A DNA stretch of 58,013 nucleotides, counting the filler, from Sphacelaria rigidula (Eukaryota), in the NCBI GenBank assembly GCA_964200075.2. It is 8 parts of 8 records of this genome, joined end to end, with 100 filler letters (N's around TTAATTAATTAA, not from the genome) between each part and the next. Parts side by side here need not be neighbours in the genome. Positions count along the whole stretch, not along the records: positions 36,324 to 43,487 come from CAXNAA020016180.1; positions 43,588 to 50,750 come from CAXNAA020016181.1; 6 more parts are not named here. One strand, 5' to 3'. The notes beneath the pieces were generated by a model that was not told the origin of the DNA, did no database searches, and saw only the letters and a program-made list of their open reading frames with translations. Below are positions 36,829 to 49,588 of the stretch, one piece after another (position 1 is the stretch's first letter; each line of letters starts with the position of its first letter). The translations under genes were made by a program, and so were the position numbers.

Positions 36829-37596
36829 CTCTCTGGTATTCGCCATCAGCGGCTGCCCACCACCTATCTTCCCGGAGAAGTCCTGCGCTGTAGTCTTGTC
36901 GACTTCTCGAAGCTCGAAGTCTAGCTCAGGCACGAGTTTCTCGAAGAGATCGAAGGAGCTCAGGATCCGCATTCGCCCTCTAAGGACCTGATTCCTGGCG
37001 AATGTCTCCACCACGCCGCCTTCGCTGTCCGACACGCTCTTGCCGTGGCAGGCGTCAAAGTAGTGTGCTTCGATGTCGATACGGCTGCCCGGTTGGTCGA
37101 TGACGTACACTTTACAGTCACCGATGTACCCGAATGACGTCGCACACTTGAAGTGTTTCCCGCAATTGTCCGTCACAACAATCACACGCGTCATCCGTGT
37201 GGCTCCGACTCTCTCAAGCATGGATGGTATTTCTGTCTGTAGTAGTCGGGTGAAGGTGTGTTGCACCCAGGCATTGTCTTGCAATTTGTCGTCGCTCAGC
37301 ACAACAGACGAGGATACCCATACCTCACCGTTGAGCTTAAAAAAAACCGGGACCGGAAACAGCGTTGTGGAATCGCGATTCCAGTGTTGGAATTGAACCT
37401 CATCCTGCTCGTCATGTGTATAGCGCTCTTGGAAGTCTGCCACCATGATCATGTTCCCTTCTTCGAGAGTCGCGATCAACTCATTGATGGCCACACGCTG
37501 GAGCTGTTTTTGTCGTCGATGACGGAATAGGCGTTCCGCAGTGGATCTCACATCCTTGATCAATTTAGTCACAGAACCACTCCTCCACACCACCGC
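36829..37596 (-). CDS. Sola2-type DDD transposase, catalytic exon
   Basis: Motifs ADFQERY...QDEVQFQHW...TTLFP, VLSDDKLQD, VTDNCGKHFK and YFDACHGKSVSDSEGGVV match the Sola2 pattern (DF.ENY..Q..HW; SDG.A.QYKN; HGK..CDG.GG). Bounded by CAG| and GAG|GTGAGT. Confidence 0.85.
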
Positions 37597-38584
37597 CTGA
37601 TTCGACCAAAGACAGTCCACAGGCAAATGGTATGTGTGGTAGAGACGACCGTGAGAGGGGTTCCAGTACGTTCGTCTCGTAGGCCGGGGTCTGCGGGAAA
37701 TGGGTACCTCATTTCATCATTGTTCACGGTAACCGCCACTAAGGAAGGGATTGCAGCTACACTTCTTCCGTGTTCATTTTCGCGCTACCTCACGTCGATA
37801 TTCACGTGTGATGTCGTCATTCCCGGTTTCGAAAACTGGCCTCAGGGGGGTAAGCTAGGCAAGCGGAAACGTCTTGAATGACTACAGGCTTGGATGGCTT
37901 TGGTAAATGCGGTGTATGTGGTGATTATGTGTCGGACTATGCACTGCGTTTGGTTTCCTTATTCTCATTGGGGAAAGTCGCTAGATACTACGCGAGTGGG
38001 AATACGTATATTTGGTGATACCAACATGCATTATCGACAGAGTCTGGATGCGATGAATGTTGATCTACGTGGTGACTTTCGTCATGCGGGCAATTTTCGA
38101 CAGATAACAAGGAAACGAATGTTGCTTGAACGATCGGCGGTGGTGACGCTCGTTTCCCTCGACGGGTGGCCGTCTCGAGCATTGGCGCGTGTGGCGAGAT
38201 TTCGAGTGGTCGCTTTTGAAGGTCTGCGATTGATCCGTCCCAGCGGCTGCGTACCAGCGGTTTACACATTGTGATGATACCATGGTATGCGAAATCTTTG
38301 TACGAAAGGGGGGTGGGGGTTGATGGCATGACAGAACAGTCTCATGTGGCTGACGACCAGCAACACTCGCGGTGCGCTTGTATTCGACTTAAAGCGGTGT
38401 ATATGGATGTGTGCATGCGCGTTGATCTGAAATGATGAGGTCAATAATGTAAAAACCGTTGCTGCTGCTGAGCACGGTTCGACTTTTGTTTTCGTGAAGC
38501 AGGAAGACGCCCAAGAACCCCCCCCCCCCGTTCTCCATCGGAAGATGACTCTTTCCATCTGGATCACATTAACGTGAAACACAC

Positions 38585-40622
38585 CTTTCGAGATAGTGTT
38601 TGTGTCCCCGTTTCTCGAGGCTCCCATGACTCATCGCCGTCGTTGTCATCGTTGGCTCGGGGATGTCTGCCCTGCTGTTGCGGTCGCCGAATCTCGTTCC
38701 CCTTCTCAGCCACAGGGACGAACGCCTCCCATTTAATTTCTGATCTTCGAACGATGTCCGGTATACTCCCCACATCTTCCGCAGACTGTCATCAGATGAC
38801 GAGGGCAGTCGAAGAAGCGCCGTTGACGTTTGTCGCATTCTCCGCATGATCCCATTACACATGCGTTCAGGTGTGCTGTGACCTCACTTCCTCCCGTGGT
38901 CTTGTATAGCTTCACCTTCTCACAGAGGAGCTTGTCGCAGAGCTCTCTCATGCTGTGGATGTCTTTAACGCTCATAGTTGGCAGGAAAGCTGTACATCCG
39001 CCGTTGGCGCAAAGGTCACACCGGCATGTGCATGGCGACCCAGCAGTCTCGCCGAAGTGAAGTCGTGGTCACATTCGCACGAGCGATCTCATGATCAGCT
39101 TACCCTTGTAGCAATGTGGGCACAGACAGCATTTCGCAGTCTGTTTGACTACATTGAATGGCATCAACTTCGCAAAGGTAGATCTTGATATGTGACCAGT
39201 CTCCACTTTTCCCTCCCGAAACTATGTGGTCATCGCGGAGGCGGCAGCGCGGGACAGTAACAGATGTTTCACACGAGGTCCACGGCGGGAGGACTGGTCT
39301 AACACGGTATGACACTCCTTCCACGCGGGTTAGCATATGATGGACTCGCAGGTCGGGTGTCACATGCTGCTGCGTCAACTCTATTAAACTTTGTTACGTA
39401 CGCTCGTCCATGCGTTGTGGACATAGGGCGTCCTATCCTCGTTCACTAGTGGAGTGTCGACACTAAGCTGCATTCTCATACGCTCCGGAGCGAACAACGA
39501 CGTCATATTTGGTATCGGGCGGTGACGTGGAATGTTCTAAGTATGCTGCACTGTATATGTTCCACGTGATGAATATGTCGAGCTTACCGCTTCTTGTAGG
39601 GAATTGTTAACTTTCTCGTGTAGGTCCGTCTCGGAGCCCAGCAGAAACCGCACGCCCAACGTAGGGCATTTGTCGGATTGGAGGCATCGGAGGGACCGGT
39701 CTACAGGGGATCGGCGATGCCGTCCTGCACTGAAGTCGTGTTTCGTCTTCGTGTCATAGGGAGATGGTTGCGTGTTATCGTCGATGACGTCGGCTATTAT
39801 CGCTGTTTCCTTGAGATTCCGGATGTCGAAGCAGTCACAACGTCTCCGCGGTTTCCCCGTCCTGTCGCGAATGAAGGAGGTCTTTTTGAGAAGGTCTATA
39901 TACGATAGACAGTGAGAGGAACAATGTCATTGACATGATGCCGAAATACAGCCGATTTATCTTTTGACGAACGCGTACATGTCATGGGTGGCCGTCGCTC
40001 GCTATTCTGGTGTCGACCTCTTTCCACACACTCGCCACTGTTTCCGTACGCGATATCGGATGCCGTTAGTGTACATATTTCGTACTTGCACTTACAATTC
40101 AGGGGTGTCTCCGGCAGTCAGTGCTCATTTTCTTCTGGTTGAACACTCTCCCACGAAAGTTCTTTGTAGTGGCCCGATTGCTTGGGCAAGGGCTCCATGT
40201 GATACTCCACTCGCCGATGTTGCTGCGCCGAGTACTCGACGTGCACGTGACCCTGCCTTCGAGGCTGCAATGGCGGGAGTAGATAGCCATTGGTTCATCT
40301 CCTTGATGGCCTCGACAATCGCCACTATATCTTCATTCAATGGCCCATCGGCATGGACTACACCCTTCTGGCGAAACGTCTCAAAGTATCTGTGGTCGAT
40401 GAGCGTCTTGATAACCCTATTTCGGATGGCATCATCCTCCTCTGATTCGCCATCCTCATTCCTTTCACGTAGGGTCGTTACGGCGTTGTCGATAGATTCT
40501 AAGATTTTTCGCTGTATAGCATCGGATCTGGAATGTCTCCGTGTTGGTGCGGCTGATGACGCAGGCTCCATACTGCGTATATGATGTCCAATTGCAACAA
40601 TATTAGGTAACTGATGCATCAT
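38585..40622 (-). pseudogene. Sola2-type transposase, upstream exons (Cys-rich region) with stops and a frameshift
   Basis: GHISRSTFAKLMPFNVVKQTAKCCLCPHCYK...M*PRLH...CTCRCDLC...LCDKLLCEK...ACVMGSCGEC, then a frameshift to EIKWEAFVPV...LSRK|GT donor at 38584. A further N-terminal segment at ~39960-40622 ends THDMYAFVK. Confidence 0.7.
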
Positions 40623-43615
40623 GTTTGTCTCGTCGTCGGTGTTGCGAACCGGCGTTTGGGCGGTAGGTTCGTCTTGGATTTCACGACTCGAATGATGTGC
40701 GATTGTTGATGGATGTTAAATACATTCTGCTATCCGGTCTCATTAGTCCATGTTAATATATGGGGATTCATGTTCATAAATGCTGCGCGATGTTGTGCTT
40801 CAGGCCGATATGGACATGCACTTTCAAATATTATTTTATATACGCCGTATACTTCTATTCTTATATCATCCTCTTGTTATCGCCATATCGTATTCGGTTC
40901 CAACCGTGCGCTGTGAAACATGATCGCGGGCACTGAAGGGAGCGGGTCCACCACTTCACGGTCGGCTTATCATCTTCACCAATGCCAGCAACCAGTCTCA
41001 CTCCGAGTTATGTCGGTCTAGTCATTTTGGGGTCGCTGTGATAAGCATGTGGTGATAGTTACTTTGTGACCTTTCGTCGGTTCAAGAACTGGCCATTTGT
41101 CTCGTTGTCCTTGGGGGCCCAGAAGTTACCATGTGTTATGTGATGTGACGTTTGTCGATGTTTGTATGTTGTCCGGCGATTTATGGTATATTCTGTAACA
41201 ATTGGGTGAATGGCTGCTGCGATGTAGGCTGTGACACATGATACGCGTTGCTTCTCATCTATAAAACTAGTCAACTTGTCAAACAGGATCCTTGCTACAG
41301 TACGGGTGATTTCTTGATTTTTTTGGTTGATAGTGTCGCCTGCGCTGACCCCCCCCCGGATCCGGTCGTGTTCATGCGATGTGTATAAAAAAAAATAAGG
41401 CCGGCAAAATATTCCGCGAGGAAATGGAATAACTAATTGATGGTAAATAAGCATCTGGGCATGAGTATATGGTATACCATTTTGTGGGAAACAACATTAT
41501 GAGAAGTAATTGTACAGGAATATAGGAACCGATTGAAAGTAGAATAGCATTAAATTGAAGTATACAGTCAATAAATATTATAAAGTCATGTTCCTCTCTT
41601 TTCACGCTTGTTGTCTAGATTGCCGAAATGTTTTTAGGCCCACTTCTATGTGTACATTCTTCTTCCGTAATGTTGAGCTTTCGGTTGGATGTCGCAGACG
41701 CATGTTTGACCTTTGGACAATGAGGATGGTCTAGGTTGGTCACGGCTTTTTTTTCGTTAGACGACATTGATGCTGGTTCCCTAGATTGCCTATATCCGCC
41801 GTGTGTGGGTAGTCCATCTCAGTACTATATTTCTTTCAGGAGAGTCCTGAAGTTCATCCAGCGTGTGGCCTCTCGTTGTGGTGAACGGGAGGGGGGCTAT
41901 ATGATTGTCTGTTGGGTCAAGCGTGCTTTTGATCTTGTAGAATTTGTGACTTGGGAGGGCGAGATCCTCCTCGAATATTCATGACATGATTGTCTTGTAC
42001 GGAATATAAATCCAGATCTTTAGTGGGCCTATGCTCCAAGCGTGCTTCTAGCGTGCGTATAACGTGATTGTGCCGGCACCTATGCCTGTGGCGCCGAGTT
42101 GAGGTCTTGCGACGCACACATTGTGTGGCAAACATGTTTCACCTCCTTCCCCGGGGTATCTCCGGATGTCTTCGTTTGGGGTCCGGGTTGTGGCTGGTGT
42201 CACGACTAAAGTTTGGTCGGAAATTTAAATATCCGAGAAGTTCCTCTTTCTCCCAAACGATGAACTTACCCAGTCTCACGCCAAAAGAAAAAAAGTAACA
42301 ATTTCGGGAAATAATCCGACATCTTTTTGCTCCAATGCGCACGCACACACCGCGCAACCCCAGATTCAGCAAGATGGGGTTGTTGTCTGTTGTCTACATG
42401 ACATGTGGTCGAAGTTTCAGCAAGTAAAAGCACTGATAGCGCTTGCACGGCCGTGTCTCCTGAAGTGAGCACCTCTACAGGCGATACCAAGATGAGTACC
42501 GCGTATAATGACATCATCCAGAGGTGCGCAATACGGATCGATGTGTTCGTTTGCCGGGGCAGAAGCCAGCCAGCAGGAAGTGAGCATATCTACGTGTCAA
42601 CATATGCATCCACTGACGTCTCACGCAGTCTGGGCTGAGGGCACTGCGGTTTGAGGGCGTATCGATGGCATTGCCGAAAATCTGTATTTTGCTTCGTCTA
42701 ACTAGCGCACCGCGTAAAACGTGCCGCCGCTCTGGGACTATGCTGTCGGTGTTGTGGTCTACCTCTGTGCCAAGTTTCAGGCTGGTTCGAACAGACACAG
42801 CGGAGAAATCCACTAGCAAAATAACCCTTGATTTGTACTGAAAATACACTACTAAACCCTGTTGAACCGTCGAAAGATACATGAGGTGCCCATGATTTTT
42901 GTATGCGGGAATCTTGGCGTAAGACTTGTTTTTGTTTTTTGGCGTAAGAGTGTGCCTCTTCCTATTTCCGGCCGCCTTCATTTTTTTCCTTTTCATACAT
43001 TGTACGGCAGTCAGGCGCAGTCTTATCAGAAGTGATTATCACTTTCCAAGAAATCACTTTTGTGAAAAACGGCCGATGATTGATTGCTGTCATAAAGAGG
43101 GAGTTAGCTAATGCAGTGGCTGGGGTCTATCAGTATGAGTGCCGGGAGATACCATGGTGTCAGCCTCACCAAGCTCCCACGTGGGCAAACTCATACAGAC
43201 CTAGCTATCCTCCCTTGACTTATGCCAATGTAGATTCGTTCATGTTCAGACTCTTGATAAGGAACTCACGTGTTTGCTTAGCATCATGTTTTATCTACAA
43301 GCAGCTCTCGTATTCAATACAGCCGCGGGGCAGCCATAGAAGCAGAACGTAGTGATGGTCCAGAGTAGACCACGGCAAGGGCAGCAACTGATCAAGAAGG
43401 GGGACCGCTGCGTGCGGCCGCGGCTAAACAACCCTAACTCATGACAGTAGCAAACGCGGTAACAACGCGTCACGGAATCCAGGGTCTNNNNNNNNNNNNN
43501 NNNNNNNNNNNNNNNNNNNNNNNNNNNNNNNTTAATTAATTAANNNNNNNNNNNNNNNNNNNNNNNNNNNNNNNNNNNNNNNNNNNNGAAATCATACATG
43601 ACAAACAAAAAACCC

Positions 43616-43686
43616 AACGCATCGGGAATCAAATCCCCGTTCTCTCCACTCTAGTGGCGACAGTCGAACCATTACACCACCGGGGC
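43616..43686 (-). pseudogene. tRNA-derived sequence (pseudo-tRNA or SINE head)
   Basis: GCCCCGGTGGTGTAATGGTT (A box) ... CGGGGATTTGATTCCCG (T arm, degenerate B box), followed by a T run; the acceptor stem does not pair. Confidence 0.55.
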
Positions 43687-44618
43687 GCGGCGGCACAATA
43701 GACTGGCATCACTGTCTACTGCCTAAATAGCAAAGTCCGTTATGATTACACTCACACGGACGCTTAGCCGAGTCCGATGCCGCAGGCGATAATGTTTTAG
43801 GAAATTTCGGTGTTTTTTTGGTTGAAACCCGTTTGTCTTTTGCACACACCACCCTGCACGCACGAACGGCCGAAAAAAATCAGTCGGCCTGGAAGAGTCC
43901 GTATTTAGTCCCATTTCCAGGGGCTAAGAAATGTCGAAAAGAACGACCGACCGATTCGCCTTGTTGATCTTCCGCAGCACAGCGGCCTTTGTTAAGAAGG
44001 GACGGCCGCCTGCTACGAGTCTTGTTTGAGAGGTCGAGCTCCCCGGTTGAGTCGACCTGAGCTTTGCACTCGTACCGATGTTCCCTACAGCAGTCACTAC
44101 CAACAGGATAACGCTCCGTCATGGGGCCTAGAACGCCCTTCGGCACCCTCATTTTGCCTGGCGGAATGGCCAACGCTATCTCCACCGCCATGGTATAACG
44201 TTTGCCCAACGATAGCTAGGCGCCACGTTTACGTCTTATGGGTGTTCATCGTGGTGGGGGGGGGGGGGTAGTGGGCGTTTTAATGTCGATGCTGACCTAA
44301 ATTCTGAGAACATTCTCAAAAACATCCTAAAAAAACGGCCAAAATTCCCAGTTTTCGACCCACTAATTCTCAGTGAGTACGACGCGATTTATTTTTTCAT
44401 GAGCATCACCACAACCATAGATTTTCAACAAACATAGCTACAGCATGGTCGGCAACTCCGTTGGCGAGACACTATCTGACCCCACAACGGACTTTACTTC
44501 AGGCACAGAGGAAGTATCGAAAGTTTTTGTCGGTAACAAATGATTCGGGGCAAGGGACAGCATGTACCCTTACCGTGGCAATGGGGTGGGTGGTCAAGTT
44601 GTTAATCAATAGGTTTCC

Positions 44619-45300
44619 GATCGCGGCCACTAATGTCTGATGCTTATCACAGTAGAAGCTGTAACGCGGCAACCAATACATATTGCTGGTCTCAACAGGG
44701 TCTACATTGCTCCGAGCAATGTCTATTGCCGGTCACGATATAATCTGACTCGCGGTCACCAATGTCTATCGCTGGTCACAATACGATCTGAATCGCGGCC
44801 AGCAATATATATTGCCGGCCACAATGGGAGCTGAATGGCGTCGATCACTAGCTATTCGTGCTTATTTTTCGATGGGTGATTCCACCTTCTTCCACGGAAG
44901 TCATGGCCGGCTATCGCCTCAGGTAGTTGCGTGTTCTTGTGTGAGGATCATTGCCGCTGATGCCGTAAGACCACTGCAGTGAGCAATATATTCACCAAAC
45001 GTGTTGTTTGCGTCACTGGCTATCGATAGATGCTCCCCACGAAAAACCATTGTGGACGGAAATGGCTGTCATTAGATACCCTGGAATTCTTTTTTGGCGA
45101 GAAAGGCTATCGATAGATTGCTCATCGAATCTATTGATGATGGCAAAGGCTATCCATCAATGCCTCACCAGGTTCATTGATGACAGCGTGACTATCGATA
45201 GACGGCTCACCACAACTATTGATTACGACCATGCCTATTGATAAATACGCCCCAGAATCTATCGCGGTATACGATGTCCATCGATGACCAGTGATCTTCA
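44619..45300. repeat. Arrays of short alternating inverted or palindromic motifs, resembling transposon subterminal repeats
   Basis: ATCGCGGCCAGCAAT and ATTGCCGGCCACAAT alternate every ~20 bp at 44619-44826; CTATCGATAG and variants recur at 45018-45300. Confidence 0.65.
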
Positions 45301-48300
45301 TCTATGGCAATCACCATGGACTTTTGATGATCGACGCTTGAACATCTGTTGTCCCTCACAATTCATATCGAAAGATGTGTCTCATCATCGTTGTGTTCGA
45401 CAATATATCGGTAGGTTTACCCCCGCGTCTAGTACTGGAGTATTGGGTTGTTACTTTGTCCGTTGTCCAGGGTGTGAAACTTTACCAAGCCATGTCTTAG
45501 TGAAATATTAACGAACAGGTCTGGGAGGGACCTGAGCGAGGCGAAATCCATCGACCACATCCGAACGACCAGTGGGGGGGCTGTCACCGGGAGTGATGTC
45601 ACTGCCAAGTTGATGTGCGTACCCTGTCCCTGGCCTACAAAAAAAGCCTTCGAAGCAAAAGCAAGCCCAAGTGGTCGGGGCTCGGTTTCCCGATTTCTTT
45701 CATTTATTTGCATTTTGAATAGGTCCGATTTCCATTCCCCCGTTTTTTTGGGGGTTACCATCATATAGTAAAACCTAGTCGATTACATGTACACATGGTG
45801 CTCGGGAGAAATTCGGGAATAAATGTACCCTACTACATATCTCGTTATGTCTATAAGGCGACTGAATCTAGCAACGCTGTGGGACGAGAGACAGAGCTAG
45901 AGGCATGAGTTCTGCGTATCCCTTTGTAGAAACGTACAAGCGGCGGTAATGTCGATTGTAATCGACGGGAATGAACAAGCTGTGTATAGGCAGCTGATCT
46001 CCGTCGCGAAGAAGTGCCCAGAACATGTGAGGGAGTATGAAGCGGCAGCTGCTGCTGCGTTCGAAGAGGCGTACTGTACTGTACTGTACTGTATCTGTGG
46101 CGCAACGCCCATGCCGTTCGAACAGAATTTGCCGTTTGCGACAAAGAGGGAAATCGCGGCCCACCCCAACCACAAAGGGCTGTGTGGCAAGGCGATGGGG
46201 ACAATATCCAAGGCCAGAAGTGGCGGGCGGCGGTTGCCACATCGTGTTGAACGCTCTTCACGGCGACTCACACTGCTTGATACATCCGTACATTACCTTA
46301 TGCGCGAAACACCCGAAATATAGTACAGATAGTTTGTACCTGTACCTAAAAACAGATTGGATGAAACTTTCGGCCTTTCTCTAACGCTGCGGTTACATAC
46401 ATACGTGAATATTTAGGAACATTAAGTCACTGTTTTATGCATATGCAGGACACGTCTTCCCTAAATAGCCTTATTGGTCGTTCTGGAGGCCCAGTCTCAG
46501 AAGGGTCAATTCAGGTAAAGATCGGATATCCTAGATCAAGATTCTTGTACAATTCCAGCAGCAGATGTGCAGACCTCGCGCAGCAGACGACCGTATTTTC
46601 AACACACACTGCAACCCAGTGTTGTTCTTTTTCCATAGTATGAAGGCGGTATTTCACGGTGAGGTGTATTCATTTTGAGGTGTACGTTCTATTAGCTGAA
46701 GTCATGTTCCGCAGTTTCAATTATCTTGAGCTCAGACGGGGGGTCATCGTGGGGAGAGGGTTGGGCACTGTTAGCTCCAACAGCTCGCCTCACGCGCGAT
46801 GCCGCACGTGGGAGAAAGCTGCATGGCGCACGACATTCGTTACAGCACATGTCGCAAGCGGTTTTTGCTGAAAAGACCATTGTATCCGATAGAATGAGAC
46901 GACTTGGTGCTGGGTTCTTTAGATACAGGTCCCACTCTGAGCGCATCGGTCTTGAAACACACATACATTCTTGTCTGTTGTGCATAAAATATGCTGTTTG
47001 CTGCTATGTGTTCGACACTGCGTACCGACCGCGGCAGTACCTTCGGCGGTACTACCTGCTCACTGCACAGGGGCAACGTGCAGGGTGACAAAGCACAGCA
47101 CAGAACATCACATCCTTAGCCTATCCCTGTGCTGCATTGATTTCGCGCTGTCCTGTGCAGTTCGCCACATCATGCACGCAACCGCTTGTATCTGCGGTCA
47201 ACGTGTTGCGGGATATCACCCTTGGTTACGCCCTAGATCGCCGAGACACATTTTGTAAAGCTCTCCGTGTTGCAGGTACAGTACGCGTTTGCCCCAGGTT
47301 GCGCACGCAGGAGTGAAAGCCGCCTCTGCTGCTGTCATGGCTGCCTGTATCTTGGGCAAAGCTGTATGATAGCACAACCGCTATAGCGCGAAAGCCGCCT
47401 GTAGCATTTCGTGCCCTGGAGATTTTAACACACTGTTGTTGTCTCGAAGTGTAGCGTGGCAGTTACGGGCTTGAGGTACGAGTATTACACAAATTATAGT
47501 CCGCAGTACACTTTAAACGCCGTGTTCGTACTGACCGTAGAATCTTCGTCCAGGGTCTGGGACATTTCAATATAAAATGCAGGATCTTATACATTTTCAC
47601 ATATATTCTGGCGCGGTGGGATGGTATGAAATCCACCACATCTAGGCAAATTGCAGGTGAGGCAATCGCCAAAATATTCACCTGTGAACTCTGCAACAGT
47701 GCACTGTAAGTTGATATCGCTAGAAGAACACCATAACTACCTTGCCGGCTTCCAGACTGTTGGGATCTTCTATCCGCTAGCATTACTTCTGTCTGTACGG
47801 GGATGTTGCCCAGTTGTCGGGTACGTGGGGCAGGGTCCATGGCAGGACGCAGCGGTCGCGTGAGATAGGCTTATCCTCGACGTGTCGAGCTTCTCGGGCC
47901 GACAAACGTTCAGCCTACACCCTCACATATATGGTGGGAACTAGATGCTGTTTGTTTTCTGGTTTTCTGCGAGCGTTCATCCCTTACTGGGCGAAGATTG
48001 ACGATGACAGCTGAAGGATCCGTGCGGTCTGCGAGCCTAACCGAAATTGTACATCCTGTATCCGTCATCAGACAGGAGGTGGTGAAAAAACAAAGAATCT
48101 GAATAGAATGGTATCCACCGTTTCAATGCAGATCGGGCCCGCAGCACCTTGTGAAGCCACGGCTACGCCTTACTTTAGCACCAGTCAACATATCCTCGAA
48201 GTTTCGGCGTCATTACAAGCGAGGTGCGGGTTTTCTCGGCGTCTAACCTGCAAAAAGACCGCCTCCGTATCATCGAAAAGGAATAACACTGCAACCGCAC

Positions 48301-49189
48301 ATTCCACACTCGCAACATCCACGAAGTTATTCCGTGTGGTCATACGAAGATCACTCTGGTTTGTCATAGATGGCTGTGTCTCGAAATCAGCAATCGGTTC
48401 TGTCCAGGCTTCAGGTCCGTAAGCGCGCTCAAGGTTTAGCCTGATTCGGGGTTTTCGGGCGTAAATAAGCTCACTTTCGAAAAAATAGCTTCAAAATGTT
48501 AGAAGAGCTCATGATGTGCTCAAAACGCACTTAAAGTTGCGATATCCTTCATGCGCCACCTGCAGCCAGTGTATCAGCTGCCTGAAAGCCTGAAAGTGCC
48601 CCCTATGGCCTGTGGCGTGACTAGTCACTCGTCACTCACCACCAGACGAGCTTCAATACTCAATACTCAATACTCCAGGCTGTCATGGTTGCGGGTCTGA
48701 TCCGAAAAATCTTTCTGGATGTATTTTATACATTTGATACCATGTTGAATTGAAGAAAGTAATCAAAATTTTGTACAATAGTTGTGCCATGGGGCCCTTT
48801 GTACAATGTGCAGTATGAAGGAAAAGCTTGAAATGGGGCATACAACAAGGGGGGTAAGCCTAACTTAAAAAAAACGGAGCTTACGAAGCTAAAGCCTAGT
48901 TCTGTCTTACCTATTACGAGTTTGAAAGGGAGTTTTGTTTTGATTCGTCGTCTTGTCGCAAGCAAGTCTCAAGTCTTCGAGGTCTGTTCAGAGTACTTAG
49001 GTCAGTCAGTTGAGGCCCGCGGAGCCAGAGCTGCAGAGCATTTATACCTGGAGTTCAGGCACTTCATTCACCATAGAGGAACAATTATTGCAGGCATAGC
49101 GTATCCCGAATTCAACGAGACGAAGCGGTAACTTACCCTGTTCGACTAGCGGAAACAACTGCGACGAGGGAGTGGTCTCTGGCGCGCAC

Positions 49190-49588
49190 CTTTCCGGCCA
49201 CCTTGTAGCGAATCTCGTAGTCTCGCCAATTCCACGTGTTGGTCTCCACCCTGTCGCCCGAACCATCAAGCACCCTGGCCCTGTCTGGGCCTCCGACCGC
49301 ACACATGTTCAGCCCCCAGCCCCCGCCGCCGATGACGCAGCGTCGACCACTTCGGCCCCCGCCGGCACTTTTCCTACGCGCCGTCGGCGCTGACCAGCTG
49401 CCGGCATCATGTCGACTGCCAGCTACTTGGCTATTTGCGTGTCGCAGATCAATCGATAGTACCCTCTGAGACGCCACCGAACGGCCACTTTTGCCGGTGC
49501 ATCCGCTTGCTGTGGGTGGTGAAAGGAAGGCACCCGTCAGGGGTGCAGCAGTAAGGAAGTACAGGAGAAATAGCAACGGCGAACTCAT
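49190..49588 (-). CDS. Exon 1 of a plastid-targeted alpha/beta-fold hydrolase
   Basis: ATG at 49588; hydrophobic signal peptide MSSPLLFLLYFLTAAPLTGA|F (ASAFAP-type cleavage); S/R/G-rich transit peptide; then TWNWRDYEIRYKVAG, typical of the start of cyanobacterial/plastid alpha/beta hydrolases; AAG|GTGCGC donor; 399 nt. Confidence 0.75.

Noticed and set aside
43170..43206. HDV-like ribozyme suggested by CTCCCACGTGGG
   Set aside because: P3 does not pair properly and there is no GG for P1.1 after the candidate P1.
43880..44209. Possible Tc1/mariner N-terminal HTH remnant
   Set aside because: Only a weak RSRRPS (GRP-like) similarity; no DDE domain or TIRs found.
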